Virus record (IMG/VR): IMGVR_UViG_3300044619_001118
Span: 1-64,000 of that record
DNA: 64,000 nucleotides
Strand: one strand, 5' to 3'
DNA from: a virus
Made by a program: the position numbers and the translations under genes. The notes under the pieces are model-generated. The model was not told where the DNA came from and did not search any database. It saw only the letters and a program-made list of their open reading frames with translations. Of this stretch, positions 38,774-48,132 are shown piece after piece. How positions within the stretch are numbered: the first letter of the stretch is position 1; each line of letters starts with the position of its first letter.

Positions 38774-40660
38774 ATGGCACAAAAATCATTATTTGACCGA
38801 CTTAAAACACTTTTCTCAACAAACGTTGTTGTGAGAAACGTCGGTGGTAAGAAATTAAAAGTAATCGATACTGCTCGTTATCAAGCCGATGGTAATCCAC
38901 ACACATCAAAAGTAATTGATAGATACGGTAGGTTACATGGAACTCGCGGAACTCCTATCTCCGTTTACAATCAGTATAACTCATTCTCTGCAACAAAGAT
39001 TGACCTTTACACAGACTATGAGGCAATGGACACTGATGCCATCATTTGTTCTGCACTTGACATTTATGCAGATGAATCAACACTGAAAAATGATACTGGT
39101 GATGTTCTTACAATCAAAACGGATAATGATAACATTCGTAAAATTCTTCATAATTTGTTCTATGATGTTTTGAATGTTGAATATAATCTATGGCCGTGGA
39201 TTCGTAATCTTTGTAAGTATGGTGACAATTATCTTTACCTCGATGTAAAAGAAGGTCTTGGTGTTACAAACGTTGTTCCACTTTCACCGTATGAAATGCA
39301 ACGTGATGAAGGAACAGACCCCGAACACATCTATATGACCAAGTTTATTTACGAAGGTCCACTTGGTAAAGGTGAATTTCAGAATTATGAAATTGCTCAC
39401 TTCCGTCTTTTGGGTGATACAAACTTCTTACCGTATGGTAAGTCAATGTTGGAAGGTGCTCGTAAACTTTACAAGCAACTTGTTCTCATGGAAGATGCGA
39501 TGTTGATTCACCGTATCATGAGAGCTCCTGAAAAGCGTATCTTTAAGATTGATATTGGTAACATCCCACCAGCGGAAGTTGACCAGTATATGCAAAACAT
39601 CATGAATCAAATGAAGAAAACACCTGTGGTAAATGAACAAACAGGACAGTACAATCTTCGTTATAATATGCAAAACATCTTGGAAGACTTCTATCTTCCT
39701 GTTCGTGGTGGTCAAGCTGGAACTGCAATCGAAACACTACCTGGACTTCAATATCAAGCAATCGAAGACGTTGAATATCTGAAGGGTAAGATATTTGCTG
39801 CTCTCAAGGTTCCAAAGGCATATCTTGGATTTGATGAATCTCTTGAGGGTAAGGCAACTCTTGCCACACTTGATATTCGATTTGCAAGAACAATCGAACG
39901 TATTCAACGTATTGTTGTTTCTGAGTTAACAAAGATTGCGATTGTACACCTTTATTCACAGGGTTATGAAAATGCAGACCTTGTTAATTTTGAAATATCT
40001 CTTACCGGCCCATCTATCATTTATGAGCAAGAGAAGATTGCTCTGATGAAAGAAAAGGTAGACCTTGCTGGTTCACTCATCGAAAAGAAATTACTTTCCA
40101 TGAACTACATCTATTCAAATATCTTCAATCTATCAGAAGATGAAGCAGAATTTGAAAAGAATCAAATCATCGAAGATATTAAACTTCAATTCCGCCAAAA
40201 GCAAATTGAAAGCGAAGGTAATGACCCAGCAATCACGAAGGAATCCTTCGGTACTCCACACGACTTGGCTACTATGAATATTTTTGGTGGTAAAAATGTC
40301 AGACAAATAAATGACATTGAAGTACCAGACGGAGGATGGCCGGGTGCAGGCAGACCACCTGAACATCGTTCAACATATGGAACAGATGCTAGTTCTTTTG
40401 GTAGAGACCCACTTGGTAAAAAAGATATTAGTAAAACTCTTAATGTTAATAGGTCGCCGAAACATAATTATAAAGGTGGGTCACCGTTGACAACAGAAGG
40501 TCAGGAATTATCAAAAGAATTTTCAAACTTGTTAGACAGTATGTCTGGAATGAAAATGAAAACGAAATCTATTATTTCTGAAAGTTTGAAGCCATCTGCA
40601 CAAAATGAAAATAATGAGCCAAATCTTTTAGATGAGTCGAATTTATTGGAAGAAATGTAA
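38774..40660 (+). CDS. Portal protein (T4 gp20-like)
   Basis: LMEDAMLIHRIMRAPEKRIFKIDIGN, EDFYLPVRG, IETLPG, ALKVPK; follows terminase. Confidence 0.93.
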   Translation: MAQKSLFDRLKTLFSTNVVVRNVGGKKLKVIDTARYQADGNPHTSKVIDRYGRLHGTRGTPISVYNQYNSFSATKIDLYTDYEAMDTDAIICSALDIYADESTLKNDTGDVLTIKTDNDNIRKILHNLFYDVLNVEYNLWPWIRNLCKYGDNYLYLDVKEGLGVTNVVPLSPYEMQRDEGTDPEHIYMTKFIYEGPLGKGEFQNYEIAHFRLLGDTNFLPYGKSMLEGARKLYKQLVLMEDAMLIHRIMRAPEKRIFKIDIGNIPPAEVDQYMQNIMNQMKKTPVVNEQTGQYNLRYNMQNILEDFYLPVRGGQAGTAIETLPGLQYQAIEDVEYLKGKIFAALKVPKAYLGFDESLEGKATLATLDIRFARTIERIQRIVVSELTKIAIVHLYSQGYENADLVNFEISLTGPSIIYEQEKIALMKEKVDLAGSLIEKKLLSMNYIYSNIFNLSEDEAEFEKNQIIEDIKLQFRQKQIESEGNDPAITKESFGTPHDLATMNIFGGKNVRQINDIEVPDGGWPGAGRPPEHRSTYGTDASSFGRDPLGKKDISKTLNVNRSPKHNYKGGSPLTTEGQELSKEFSNLLDSMSGMKMKTKSIISESLKPSAQNENNEPNLLDESNLLEEM

Positions 40661-40708
40661 TTACGGATATATTTATTTAATGAACATAATACTCATGGGT
40701 AAACATAA

Positions 40709-41539
40709 ATGAAGAAGGTTAAACACTCAAAATTTAAAAATACTGGTATGTTATTTGAGCTTTTAGCAAGACAGATAACATCGGACATCATATCTACAAA
40801 CGAGTCCGTAGCCACAAATATTCTCAAGAAGTTCTTTGGTAAAAATAGTGAACTTTTAAAGGAGTATGGTCTTTATAAAACATTGTGTGATGAAAAATTT
40901 TCTTCGGATTCAAAGGCAACAATGCTCATCGAAGCAGTATTGAAGGCAAGAAAGAAATTGGATAAAACGAAATTGAGAGAAGAAAAATATCAATTGATTA
41001 AATCGATTAATGAAAATTTCAATATCAATTCATTCTTTCAAACGAAAGTTGGGAATTACAAACTTCTTGCTTCTATTTACAAAATCTTTGAATATAGTGA
41101 GATAGAAAATCCAACGGAAATAACACGTTCAAAGATAACGATTATCGAAAATATGACATCGGAAAATCGTAGTAGATTAACAGAAGATGTTGCTGGTATT
41201 AGAAACGAGCCAAAAGAAATTCGTTTATTATCATATAAGATACTCGTCGAGAAGTTCAATCAGAAATATGGTGAACTCTCCCAAGAACAAAAAGCAGTTC
41301 TTCGTGAATATATCGGAAACGTAAGTAATACGAATAATTTAAAAGAGTTCTTGAAGACAGAAGCTATTAGAGTTCAAGATGTCTTAACGAAAAAAGTAAA
41401 GAACGTTAAAGACAAATCTTTGAAGATAAAATTGGCAGAGGTTATTAATCTTCTTAATGAATATAAGACGATAAAGAACGTAGAAGAAAATCACGTATCT
41501 GCTCTATTAAGATATTATAGTTTAATTGACGATTTATAA
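40709..41539 (+). CDS. Hypothetical head-assembly-region protein
   Basis: 276 aa helical, basic; between portal and protease. Confidence 0.7.
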   Translation: MKKVKHSKFKNTGMLFELLARQITSDIISTNESVATNILKKFFGKNSELLKEYGLYKTLCDEKFSSDSKATMLIEAVLKARKKLDKTKLREEKYQLIKSINENFNINSFFQTKVGNYKLLASIYKIFEYSEIENPTEITRSKITIIENMTSENRSRLTEDVAGIRNEPKEIRLLSYKILVEKFNQKYGELSQEQKAVLREYIGNVSNTNNLKEFLKTEAIRVQDVLTKKVKNVKDKSLKIKLAEVINLLNEYKTIKNVEENHVSALLRYYSLIDDL

Positions 41540-41551
41540 GTGGAGTAAATA

Positions 41552-41872
41552 ATGCCAGATGTAAATGAAATACATCCGTATAACTATGGTTCAAACCAAG
41601 CATCGGACTTCGAAAGAAAAGGACACCCAGGAAAATTTTTATTCTCGATTACTTGTACTTCCGGTACAACTAATTTTACTGGCTCCAATTATGGCGTTGG
41701 TGGGGTAATTGTCCCTGCTGGAACAATCGGAACAGCTTCACTTTCAGCCGGCGGTGTGATACCACTTTCGATTCTTACTGGTAGTATCGGTGTAGTTGAA
41801 CTTTCACTTTCAAGTGTTAAAGTTGATTCTGGAACAGTATATGCTTTAATTCGTAATCAAATGATTAGGTAA
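41552..41872 (+). CDS. Hypothetical virion protein
   Basis: 106 aa, Gly/Ser-rich beta; GGAG upstream. Confidence 0.65.
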   Translation: MPDVNEIHPYNYGSNQASDFERKGHPGKFLFSITCTSGTTNFTGSNYGVGGVIVPAGTIGTASLSAGGVIPLSILTGSIGVVELSLSSVKVDSGTVYALIRNQMIR

Positions 41873-41876
41873 TCAT

Positions 41877-42374
41877 ATGAACATAAAAGAATTCATACAG
41901 AAACTTAAAGAATCCGAAGATTATAAAAAGTTTAAAGGCGAAATGTCTGAAATGAGTGTGACAGGTGCCGTTGCTGGTTATGATACTCCAAAAGCATTTG
42001 CACCTTCTGAAAAGGAATTTGAGGCTCATAGTAAAGAAACAGCCGAAGTTTATGGATATACAGTTGTACCTAAACAGAAAAAGAAAAATTTCGAATCAAC
42101 ATATGTCCAAGCAATAAAGTCATTGACAGAGGCATCATACAAATCATATAAGACAGATGAAACACGCACTGTTAACGCAAAAATTAATCAGTCAATTAAA
42201 GAAATAAACCGTGCGATTTATGAAATTGAACGTGTTGTTAATCATGCTTCGAGATTAAAAACAGAAATGGCAGTTGACCAACGTACTCTTTGGTCATCTT
42301 CACATTCACGTCTTCATAAAATTGGTGAACGTTTAAATAGAATTGGTAAAAAAATAAACGAATTAGGTGCTTAA
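41877..42374 (+). CDS. Putative prohead core protein
   Basis: 165 aa; LxE-type sites (LKE, LTE) and coiled-coil C-terminus; just before the protease. Confidence 0.55.
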   Translation: MNIKEFIQKLKESEDYKKFKGEMSEMSVTGAVAGYDTPKAFAPSEKEFEAHSKETAEVYGYTVVPKQKKKNFESTYVQAIKSLTEASYKSYKTDETRTVNAKINQSIKEINRAIYEIERVVNHASRLKTEMAVDQRTLWSSSHSRLHKIGERLNRIGKKINELGA

Positions 42375-42375
42375 A

Positions 42376-43050
42376 ATGAAACAATTACTCATAGATACAA
42401 TACTTTTTAACGTTGACCCAAAACAACTAAACGAGTCTTCACGGGAAAACAATGGAAAGGTTATTGTAACTGGTGTTTTACAAAGAGCGGAAGCTAAAAA
42501 TCAAAATGGTCGTGTTTATCCAAAACAAATTTTGATGCGTGAAGTTACAAAGTATCAAAATAATCAAGTAAAAGAAAACAGAGCTCTCGGTGAACTTGAC
42601 CACCCAGATTCATCAGTTGTAAACCTCCGTAACGTTTCACATAATGTGTTGGAATGTTATTGGAAGGGAAATGATGTTATGGGTAAAGTTGAGATTTTAC
42701 CAACACCATCGGGTAACATTCTTAAAAACCTTCTTCAAGCCGGTATTCGTCTTGGTATCTCATCAAGAGGACTTGGTTCGGTAAAAGAGATAAATGAAAA
42801 CACAGTAGAAGTTCAAGATGATTTTGAATTAATTGGATGGGATTTTGTTTCGAATCCATCAACACAAGGTGCATTTATGTACCCAGCCGGTGGTGGTGAA
42901 GTTGTTGGTGAGGGTCTTATCAAAGAAGGTGTCAGTATGAACACTATTAAAAAAATTGACCCAAAAATCAAACGTATAAACGAGAATATAACAAATATCA
43001 TCTGTGAAATTGGTAATGTATGTGAATGTATATTCGATGGAGATAAATAA
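42376..43050 (+). CDS. Prohead protease (T4 gp21-like)
   Basis: NQNGRVYP, ALGELDHP, VSH, LGISSRGLGS, DFVSNPS; ATG 42376 preferred over GTG 42367. Confidence 0.93.
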   Translation: MKQLLIDTILFNVDPKQLNESSRENNGKVIVTGVLQRAEAKNQNGRVYPKQILMREVTKYQNNQVKENRALGELDHPDSSVVNLRNVSHNVLECYWKGNDVMGKVEILPTPSGNILKNLLQAGIRLGISSRGLGSVKEINENTVEVQDDFELIGWDFVSNPSTQGAFMYPAGGGEVVGEGLIKEGVSMNTIKKIDPKIKRINENITNIICEIGNVCECIFDGDK

Positions 43051-43667
43051 TGCCAGCAGTATCGCAACAACAGCAAAAAATTATGGGACTTGCTCTTGCT
43101 TATAAGAGAGGTCAAGTTCCTGCATCAAAAGTTAGTGCTCAAGTAAAGCAAATTGCAAAATCGATGACTGAAAAAGAACTTGAAAAATATGCCGGCACAG
43201 AACACAAAGGTCTTCCAAAGAAGGTCGGTGAAAACAAGAAAGCCATGACTGAACTTAAAAAGATGATTGCAAAGGCAGTAAACGAAGTTATCAAAGAAGG
43301 TATTTCACAAGACCCACCAAAAGACCCGATTCTAACACCAGAACAAAAGAAGAGATATATTGAATCGATTGCAAAATTCAATGAGTATGGTGATTCGATT
43401 TATCGTGGTGGTGATTTGAAAAAAGTTTACAAGGAAATTAAAGAAGCAGTTTCTTTTGCTTCAAAAAACATAGTCGAAGAATCAGGTGATTGGTTTGACC
43501 AAGTAACTCTCGGAAGACATTCTAAAAAACTATCAGAATCCCTTAAAATATTTGAAAAGACGATAACAGAGGCAATTAAATTACAACAACGTCTTGAATC
43601 GGTATATGAAGATATGGGACAAACTCTGAACAAGTATTACGAAATCAAAGATATTAAAAAGAAATAA
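43050..43667 (+). CDS. DUF3008-like N-terminal domain plus helical head-associated domain
   Basis: MPAVSQQQQKIMGLAL..KRG...SMTEKELEKYAGT.HKGLPKKV. Confidence 0.65.
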   Translation: MPAVSQQQQKIMGLALAYKRGQVPASKVSAQVKQIAKSMTEKELEKYAGTEHKGLPKKVGENKKAMTELKKMIAKAVNEVIKEGISQDPPKDPILTPEQKKRYIESIAKFNEYGDSIYRGGDLKKVYKEIKEAVSFASKNIVEESGDWFDQVTLGRHSKKLSESLKIFEKTITEAIKLQQRLESVYEDMGQTLNKYYEIKDIKKK

Positions 43668-43682
43668 AAAAGGAAAAAGGTT

Positions 43683-43910
43683 ATGGGTGATTATTACAGT
43701 GCTAATCCAAAGACGGCACACGTCAAGGTTAAAGGAAATGGAATGAATATCGACCTTATGTTAAAGATATTCAAAAGAAAGGTGAAGGAAAGTGGTATTC
43801 TCGAAGAGTATAAGAGTAGAACAGAATACATCAAACCTTCTGAAAAAAAGAAAGATAAACGAAACGCCTCTCGGAAGAGACAAAGAAAGCTTGACCGAGA
43901 ACAAGAATAA
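43683..43910 (+). CDS. rpsU: Phage-encoded ribosomal protein bS21
   Basis: V.V....NID.MLKIFKRKVKESGILEEYKSRTEYIKPSEKKK...RKR matches the bS21 pattern; 75 aa, basic. Confidence 0.88.
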   Translation: MGDYYSANPKTAHVKVKGNGMNIDLMLKIFKRKVKESGILEEYKSRTEYIKPSEKKKDKRNASRKRQRKLDREQE

Positions 43911-43924
43911 CTAACTCGGTTAAT

Positions 43925-45073
43925 ATGATACGACTAAAAAACATACTACTGGAAGAACCAAAATCGCCAAGTGAAGACCCCGATAAAATGCTTGTGAAGA
44001 ACAAGGAAAGCGGGAAGTCGTATTATATTAGTAAAGCAAGTTTCGACCCTTCGATTCACGAAAAACCAGAAGAAAAAAAGAAAAAGAAAAAAGAAGAACC
44101 TTCCACACCTAAAAAAGAAAAAGGTGGTGGTGGTGGTTTAATGGATAAATTAAAGGCCGAGAAGGAAAAATCTTCATCTGGTGAAGAAGAAGAAAAGCCG
44201 GAAGAGAAAAAAGAAACACCGTCTCAAAAGTTAGAAAAGAAACTCGGTTCTTTTGTCTTTGTTGATGAAAAAGAAAAAGAGGAAATTGCCGACGATGCTC
44301 GGAGTATGAGACCCGACCTCAAAGAAAAACTATTGAAATTCGATTTCACATCATTTTTCAGAGAGTATGATTCTTTAATGGACACACTCGGTGACCAACA
44401 GGATAAGAAAGATAACGAAGGTGCAAAAGAAACTGTTATCGCAATAAGAAAAGCTGCTAAGAGGATTCAAGGTGTTGCCATTGCAAAATTGGCAGCACTT
44501 TCTACATTCAAAAATGACCCCGAAGTAATAACTGCTTCAAAATATTATCATAATGATTCTACAAGTATAAATGAATTCTTACGCCAAGGTGGTGAAATAA
44601 ATTGGTCTTTGGAGGATTTGAAGAAGACATTAGATACACCAAATGCAAAAGAAAAATTTCCACTAAAATATAAGATGTATAATGTCCTAACTTTGGATAA
44701 TCATTTTAAAACAGATGGTGCTAAACTACAAAACGATACTGTTGTTTATCGTGGTGTAAAGGATGATATTTTGAAAAAATTTGTTGAATCTGGTGAGTGG
44801 GTTGATAATGGATTTGTTTCAACTTCACTTAATCCACTTATTGCCGAAGATTTTACAGATAGAAATTTGACAACGGGTAACAGAAAAGCAAGAACACCGA
44901 TATTCAAAATAAACTTAAAACGAGGAAACCCCGTACTTATGTTACCTTGTTCAGAAGATGAATTTTGTATTGAATCAGAAATAACACTTCCTCGTGGTTG
45001 TAAATTTACAATAACGGGTAAAGACGAAGAAAAGAACATTTACGATATATCAGTGGAGTTTCCAAATGCCTGA
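43925..45073 (+). CDS. ADP-ribosyltransferase, R-S-E class (VIP2/Alt/Mod-like)
   Basis: INEFLR, VVYRGV, GFVSTSL, ESEITLPRG (ExE catalytic loop); N-terminus MIRLKNILLEE followed by a charged linker. Confidence 0.88.
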   Translation: MIRLKNILLEEPKSPSEDPDKMLVKNKESGKSYYISKASFDPSIHEKPEEKKKKKKEEPSTPKKEKGGGGGLMDKLKAEKEKSSSGEEEEKPEEKKETPSQKLEKKLGSFVFVDEKEKEEIADDARSMRPDLKEKLLKFDFTSFFREYDSLMDTLGDQQDKKDNEGAKETVIAIRKAAKRIQGVAIAKLAALSTFKNDPEVITASKYYHNDSTSINEFLRQGGEINWSLEDLKKTLDTPNAKEKFPLKYKMYNVLTLDNHFKTDGAKLQNDTVVYRGVKDDILKKFVESGEWVDNGFVSTSLNPLIAEDFTDRNLTTGNRKARTPIFKINLKRGNPVLMLPCSEDEFCIESEITLPRGCKFTITGKDEEKNIYDISVEFPNA

Positions 45074-45239
45074 TAACAAACAAGAAGAAAAACCAAAACG
45101 TGTAGAAAGATTCATCTATTCAGAAGATGATGTTAATCACATTTTTAAGTTGGGAAAAACTGGTGGTGTATTTGATAAAGAAAAATCAAATATTTTACTA
45201 AAAAACTTAGTTCCAACCACAAAAAAATCGAATAAATAA
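45066..45239 (+). CDS. Unannotated 57-aa ORF overlapping the ART stop
   Basis: MPDNKQEEKPKRVERFIYSEDDVNHIFKLGKTGGVFDKEKSNILLKNLVPTTKKSNK*; GGAG at SD distance (gtggagtttccaaATG); below the track's length cutoff. Confidence 0.65.
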   Translation: MPDNKQEEKPKRVERFIYSEDDVNHIFKLGKTGGVFDKEKSNILLKNLVPTTKKSNK

Positions 45240-45250
45240 TTCTGTTACTT

Positions 45251-45263
45251 ATATTTATTTATA
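45251..45263 (+). promoter_or_regulatory. Tandem late-promoter-like motif before the scaffold-capsid operon
   Basis: atatttatttata contains two overlapping TATTTAT cores. Confidence 0.65.
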
Positions 45264-45347
45264 CAATACTCTATCTCTTATAGAGTCAATTATTATTTTT
45301 ACTGTTGATTAGAGTTCTTAATAACTTTAAAATTGTTGGAGATTTTT

Positions 45348-46358
45348 ATGACAGACCTATTGAAAGAAGCAATCGCAGATGCAAAGGCAGTACGTGAAGT
45401 CGCACTTGCTAATGCTAAGCTTGCTTTGGAAGAAGCTTTCACTCCACGTTTACAATCAATGATTGCATCTAAACTTTCAGAAGAAGCCGAAGAGGAAGAA
45501 ATGGAAGAAGGTGAATCACACGATGAAGAAACAATGGAAGAAGGAGACGAAGAAGAGGCACCTGAAATGGAAGAAGGTGAATCAGAAGAAGAAACGGTAG
45601 AAGAAGAATTTGGTGATGATTGGTTTGAAGAAGAGCCAGGTTCTATGGCAGAAGCCGAAGAAGAAGAAGAGTCACCAAAGATGGAAGAAGGTGAAGATGA
45701 AGAAGAGCCAATGGACGAAGATTTGATGGAAATTATCCGTCAACTCGAAGAAGATATGGATTCATCTGAAATCGGAACTGGCGATAACAAGCAACCATCA
45801 AAGTATGCTTCTGATGATTCAACAGAAGACAAGAAAGAAAAACTTGTTCAGATGGTTGAAGGTGAAGACGCTCCTGCTGAAGAAAAGCCAGCCGAAGTAG
45901 AAGAAGAGTTTGATATTCAAGAAATTCTCCGTGCTCTTCGTGAAGAAGAAGGTGAAGAAGAAAAGGTTGAAGAAGGTGAAGAAGGTGAAGAAGAAAAGGA
46001 AATGGCAGAATCTAAGCTTCAAGAAGCATATGCTGTTATTCAATTCCTTCGTGAAAAGATTAATGAAGTTAATCTTCTTAATTCAAAGCTTCTTTTCTCT
46101 AACAAGCTTTTCCGCTCACACGCACTTACTGAATCACAAAAGATGACGGTTATTGAGAATTTCGATCGTGCAAAGAGCTTACGTGAAGTCAAGTTGGTTT
46201 ATGCAACACTTGCTGAATCATTAAAGACATCAAAGGTTAAGCAGCTTAAAGAGTCATTTGCTAGCAAGCCAATTGCAAGCACACGTCCATCAAAGGCTAT
46301 TCTTAGTGAAGGCAATGAGATGGCATCAAGATTAAGAAAATTAGCAGGTTTAAAGTAA
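45348..46358 (+). CDS. Prohead scaffolding / core protein (gp22-like role)
   Basis: Highly acidic centre, coiled coils, ends RLRKLAGLK; immediately upstream of the capsid gene; ATG 45348 with GGAG. Confidence 0.8.
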   Translation: MTDLLKEAIADAKAVREVALANAKLALEEAFTPRLQSMIASKLSEEAEEEEMEEGESHDEETMEEGDEEEAPEMEEGESEEETVEEEFGDDWFEEEPGSMAEAEEEEESPKMEEGEDEEEPMDEDLMEIIRQLEEDMDSSEIGTGDNKQPSKYASDDSTEDKKEKLVQMVEGEDAPAEEKPAEVEEEFDIQEILRALREEEGEEEKVEEGEEGEEEKEMAESKLQEAYAVIQFLREKINEVNLLNSKLLFSNKLFRSHALTESQKMTVIENFDRAKSLREVKLVYATLAESLKTSKVKQLKESFASKPIASTRPSKAILSEGNEMASRLRKLAGLK

Positions 46359-46381
46359 CAATTTTTATTGGAGATATATAA

Positions 46382-48016
46382 ATGAGTATTCAACAACTTT
46401 TAGGTGCTTCTGCGAATCCGCACAAGCGTCTTATTGAAGAAAACCGTGGCACAGTTAAGAAGTGGGAAAAGACAGGACTTCTTGACGGCATCGGTAGCGA
46501 CTATGAAAAGAACTCGATTGCAGTTCTTCTCGAAAACCAAGCAAAGCAACTTATCGACGAATCATCACGTACAGGTACATCAGCAGGTTCAGAAGAATGG
46601 GCTGGCGTTGCTCTCCCACTCGTTCGTCGTATTTTCTCTGAAATCGCAGCAAAGGATTTCGTTTCTGTTCAACCTATGAACCTTCCTTCAGGTCTCGTGT
46701 TCTTCCTTGACTTCAAGTACGGAACAGCACAACCTGGTTTCACAACTGGTGCTGGTAAGGATTCACAAACTGACTCTGTATTCGGTGTAACTGGTAAAGA
46801 AGCTAAGGGTGTTGACCCATCTGGTGGTCTTTACGGTGCAGGTCGATTTGGTTATTCTATCAACGAAGCTCAAGTTGTTCTCTCAAAGGCAACTGCACTT
46901 TCTGCAACAGAATTCGTAACAGGTTCGGTAACACACGCAACACCAACACTTTGGCAGAATGACACACGTTTCCAAAACACATACTCAGCATCACTTGCTG
47001 CTGGAAACATCATGTCTATCACAGTTTCTTCTGGGTCTCTCTTAAACGAAGATGTTGAAGCAATTCGTGCATTCAAGGTTTCTGGTTCAACAATTCTTGG
47101 TTACTTCCCACAGTTCACATACGCAAATGCAAATGATTCACAAATCACATTTATCGTATCGGCTTCTGCTGCTCCTGCAACAGTTGGTGTTGCTTACGAA
47201 AAGCAACCAACATCAACAACTCGTGGTGACTTCGAAGACACAACAGGTGCAGACGTAAACATTCCAGAAATCAACCTTGAACTTCGTTCTGAGTCAATCG
47301 TGGCTAAGACACGCAAGTTGAAGGCTGTATGGACACCGGAATTCGCACAAGACTTGAACGCTTACCACTCAATCGATGCTGAAGCAGAATTGACATCGAT
47401 GCTTTCTGAGTACATTTCACAAGAAATTGACCTCGAAATCCTCGATATGCTTATCAAGAACGCTCAGACAACAGAAAGATGGTCAGCTCGTATCGGTCGC
47501 ACATATGATGGTAACACAAACACATTCGGTGACTACGCAACAAACCAAGCTGCAGCTTCGGCATTCAACCAACAAACATGGTTCCAAACACTTGGTACCA
47601 AGATTCAAAAGGTATCGAATGCTATCCACCAGAAGACACTTCGCGGTGGTGCTAACTTCCTCGTTTGTTCACCACAAGTTGCTACAATCCTTGAATCAAT
47701 TCCTGGATATGCAGTTGACGGTGAAGGTATGAAGTTTGCCATGGGTGTTCAGAAGGTTGGTCAACTTAACGGTCGTATCACAGTTTACAAGAACCCATAT
47801 ATGCTCGAAAATCAAATCCTTGTTGGTTTCCGTGGTAGCCAGTTCCTTGAAACAGGTGCGGTATATGCTCCTTACATCCCACTCGTGATGACACCGCTGG
47901 TCTATGACCCAACGAACTTCACACCACGTAAGGGTGTAATGACTCGCTACGCTAAGAAGATTGTCCGTCCAGAATTCTACGGTCTCATCCAAGTAGATTC
48001 TCTCGGTGACATATAA
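46382..48016 (+). CDS. Major capsid protein (T4 gp23-like)
   Basis: LLENQ, LPLVRR, VQPM..PSGLVFFL, AKTRKLKA.WT.E.AQDL.A.HS.DAE.EL, YAPYIPL, GVMTRYA. Confidence 0.96.
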   Translation: MSIQQLLGASANPHKRLIEENRGTVKKWEKTGLLDGIGSDYEKNSIAVLLENQAKQLIDESSRTGTSAGSEEWAGVALPLVRRIFSEIAAKDFVSVQPMNLPSGLVFFLDFKYGTAQPGFTTGAGKDSQTDSVFGVTGKEAKGVDPSGGLYGAGRFGYSINEAQVVLSKATALSATEFVTGSVTHATPTLWQNDTRFQNTYSASLAAGNIMSITVSSGSLLNEDVEAIRAFKVSGSTILGYFPQFTYANANDSQITFIVSASAAPATVGVAYEKQPTSTTRGDFEDTTGADVNIPEINLELRSESIVAKTRKLKAVWTPEFAQDLNAYHSIDAEAELTSMLSEYISQEIDLEILDMLIKNAQTTERWSARIGRTYDGNTNTFGDYATNQAAASAFNQQTWFQTLGTKIQKVSNAIHQKTLRGGANFLVCSPQVATILESIPGYAVDGEGMKFAMGVQKVGQLNGRITVYKNPYMLENQILVGFRGSQFLETGAVYAPYIPLVMTPLVYDPTNFTPRKGVMTRYAKKIVRPEFYGLIQVDSLGDI

Positions 48017-48042
48017 TCTATCTAACAAGATAGAAGTAATTT

Positions 48043-48078
48043 GAAAAAAGGAGTGAGAAATCACTCCTTTTTTCTTTT
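48043..48078 (+). terminator. Intrinsic terminator after the capsid gene
   Basis: gaaaaaaggagtga-gaaa-tcactccttttttc perfect stem, followed by T-rich sequence. Confidence 0.88.
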
Positions 48079-48132
48079 GTTACTACATATTTATTTATAG
48101 TTAACTAAAACTATTATCATGGAGATTATCAT

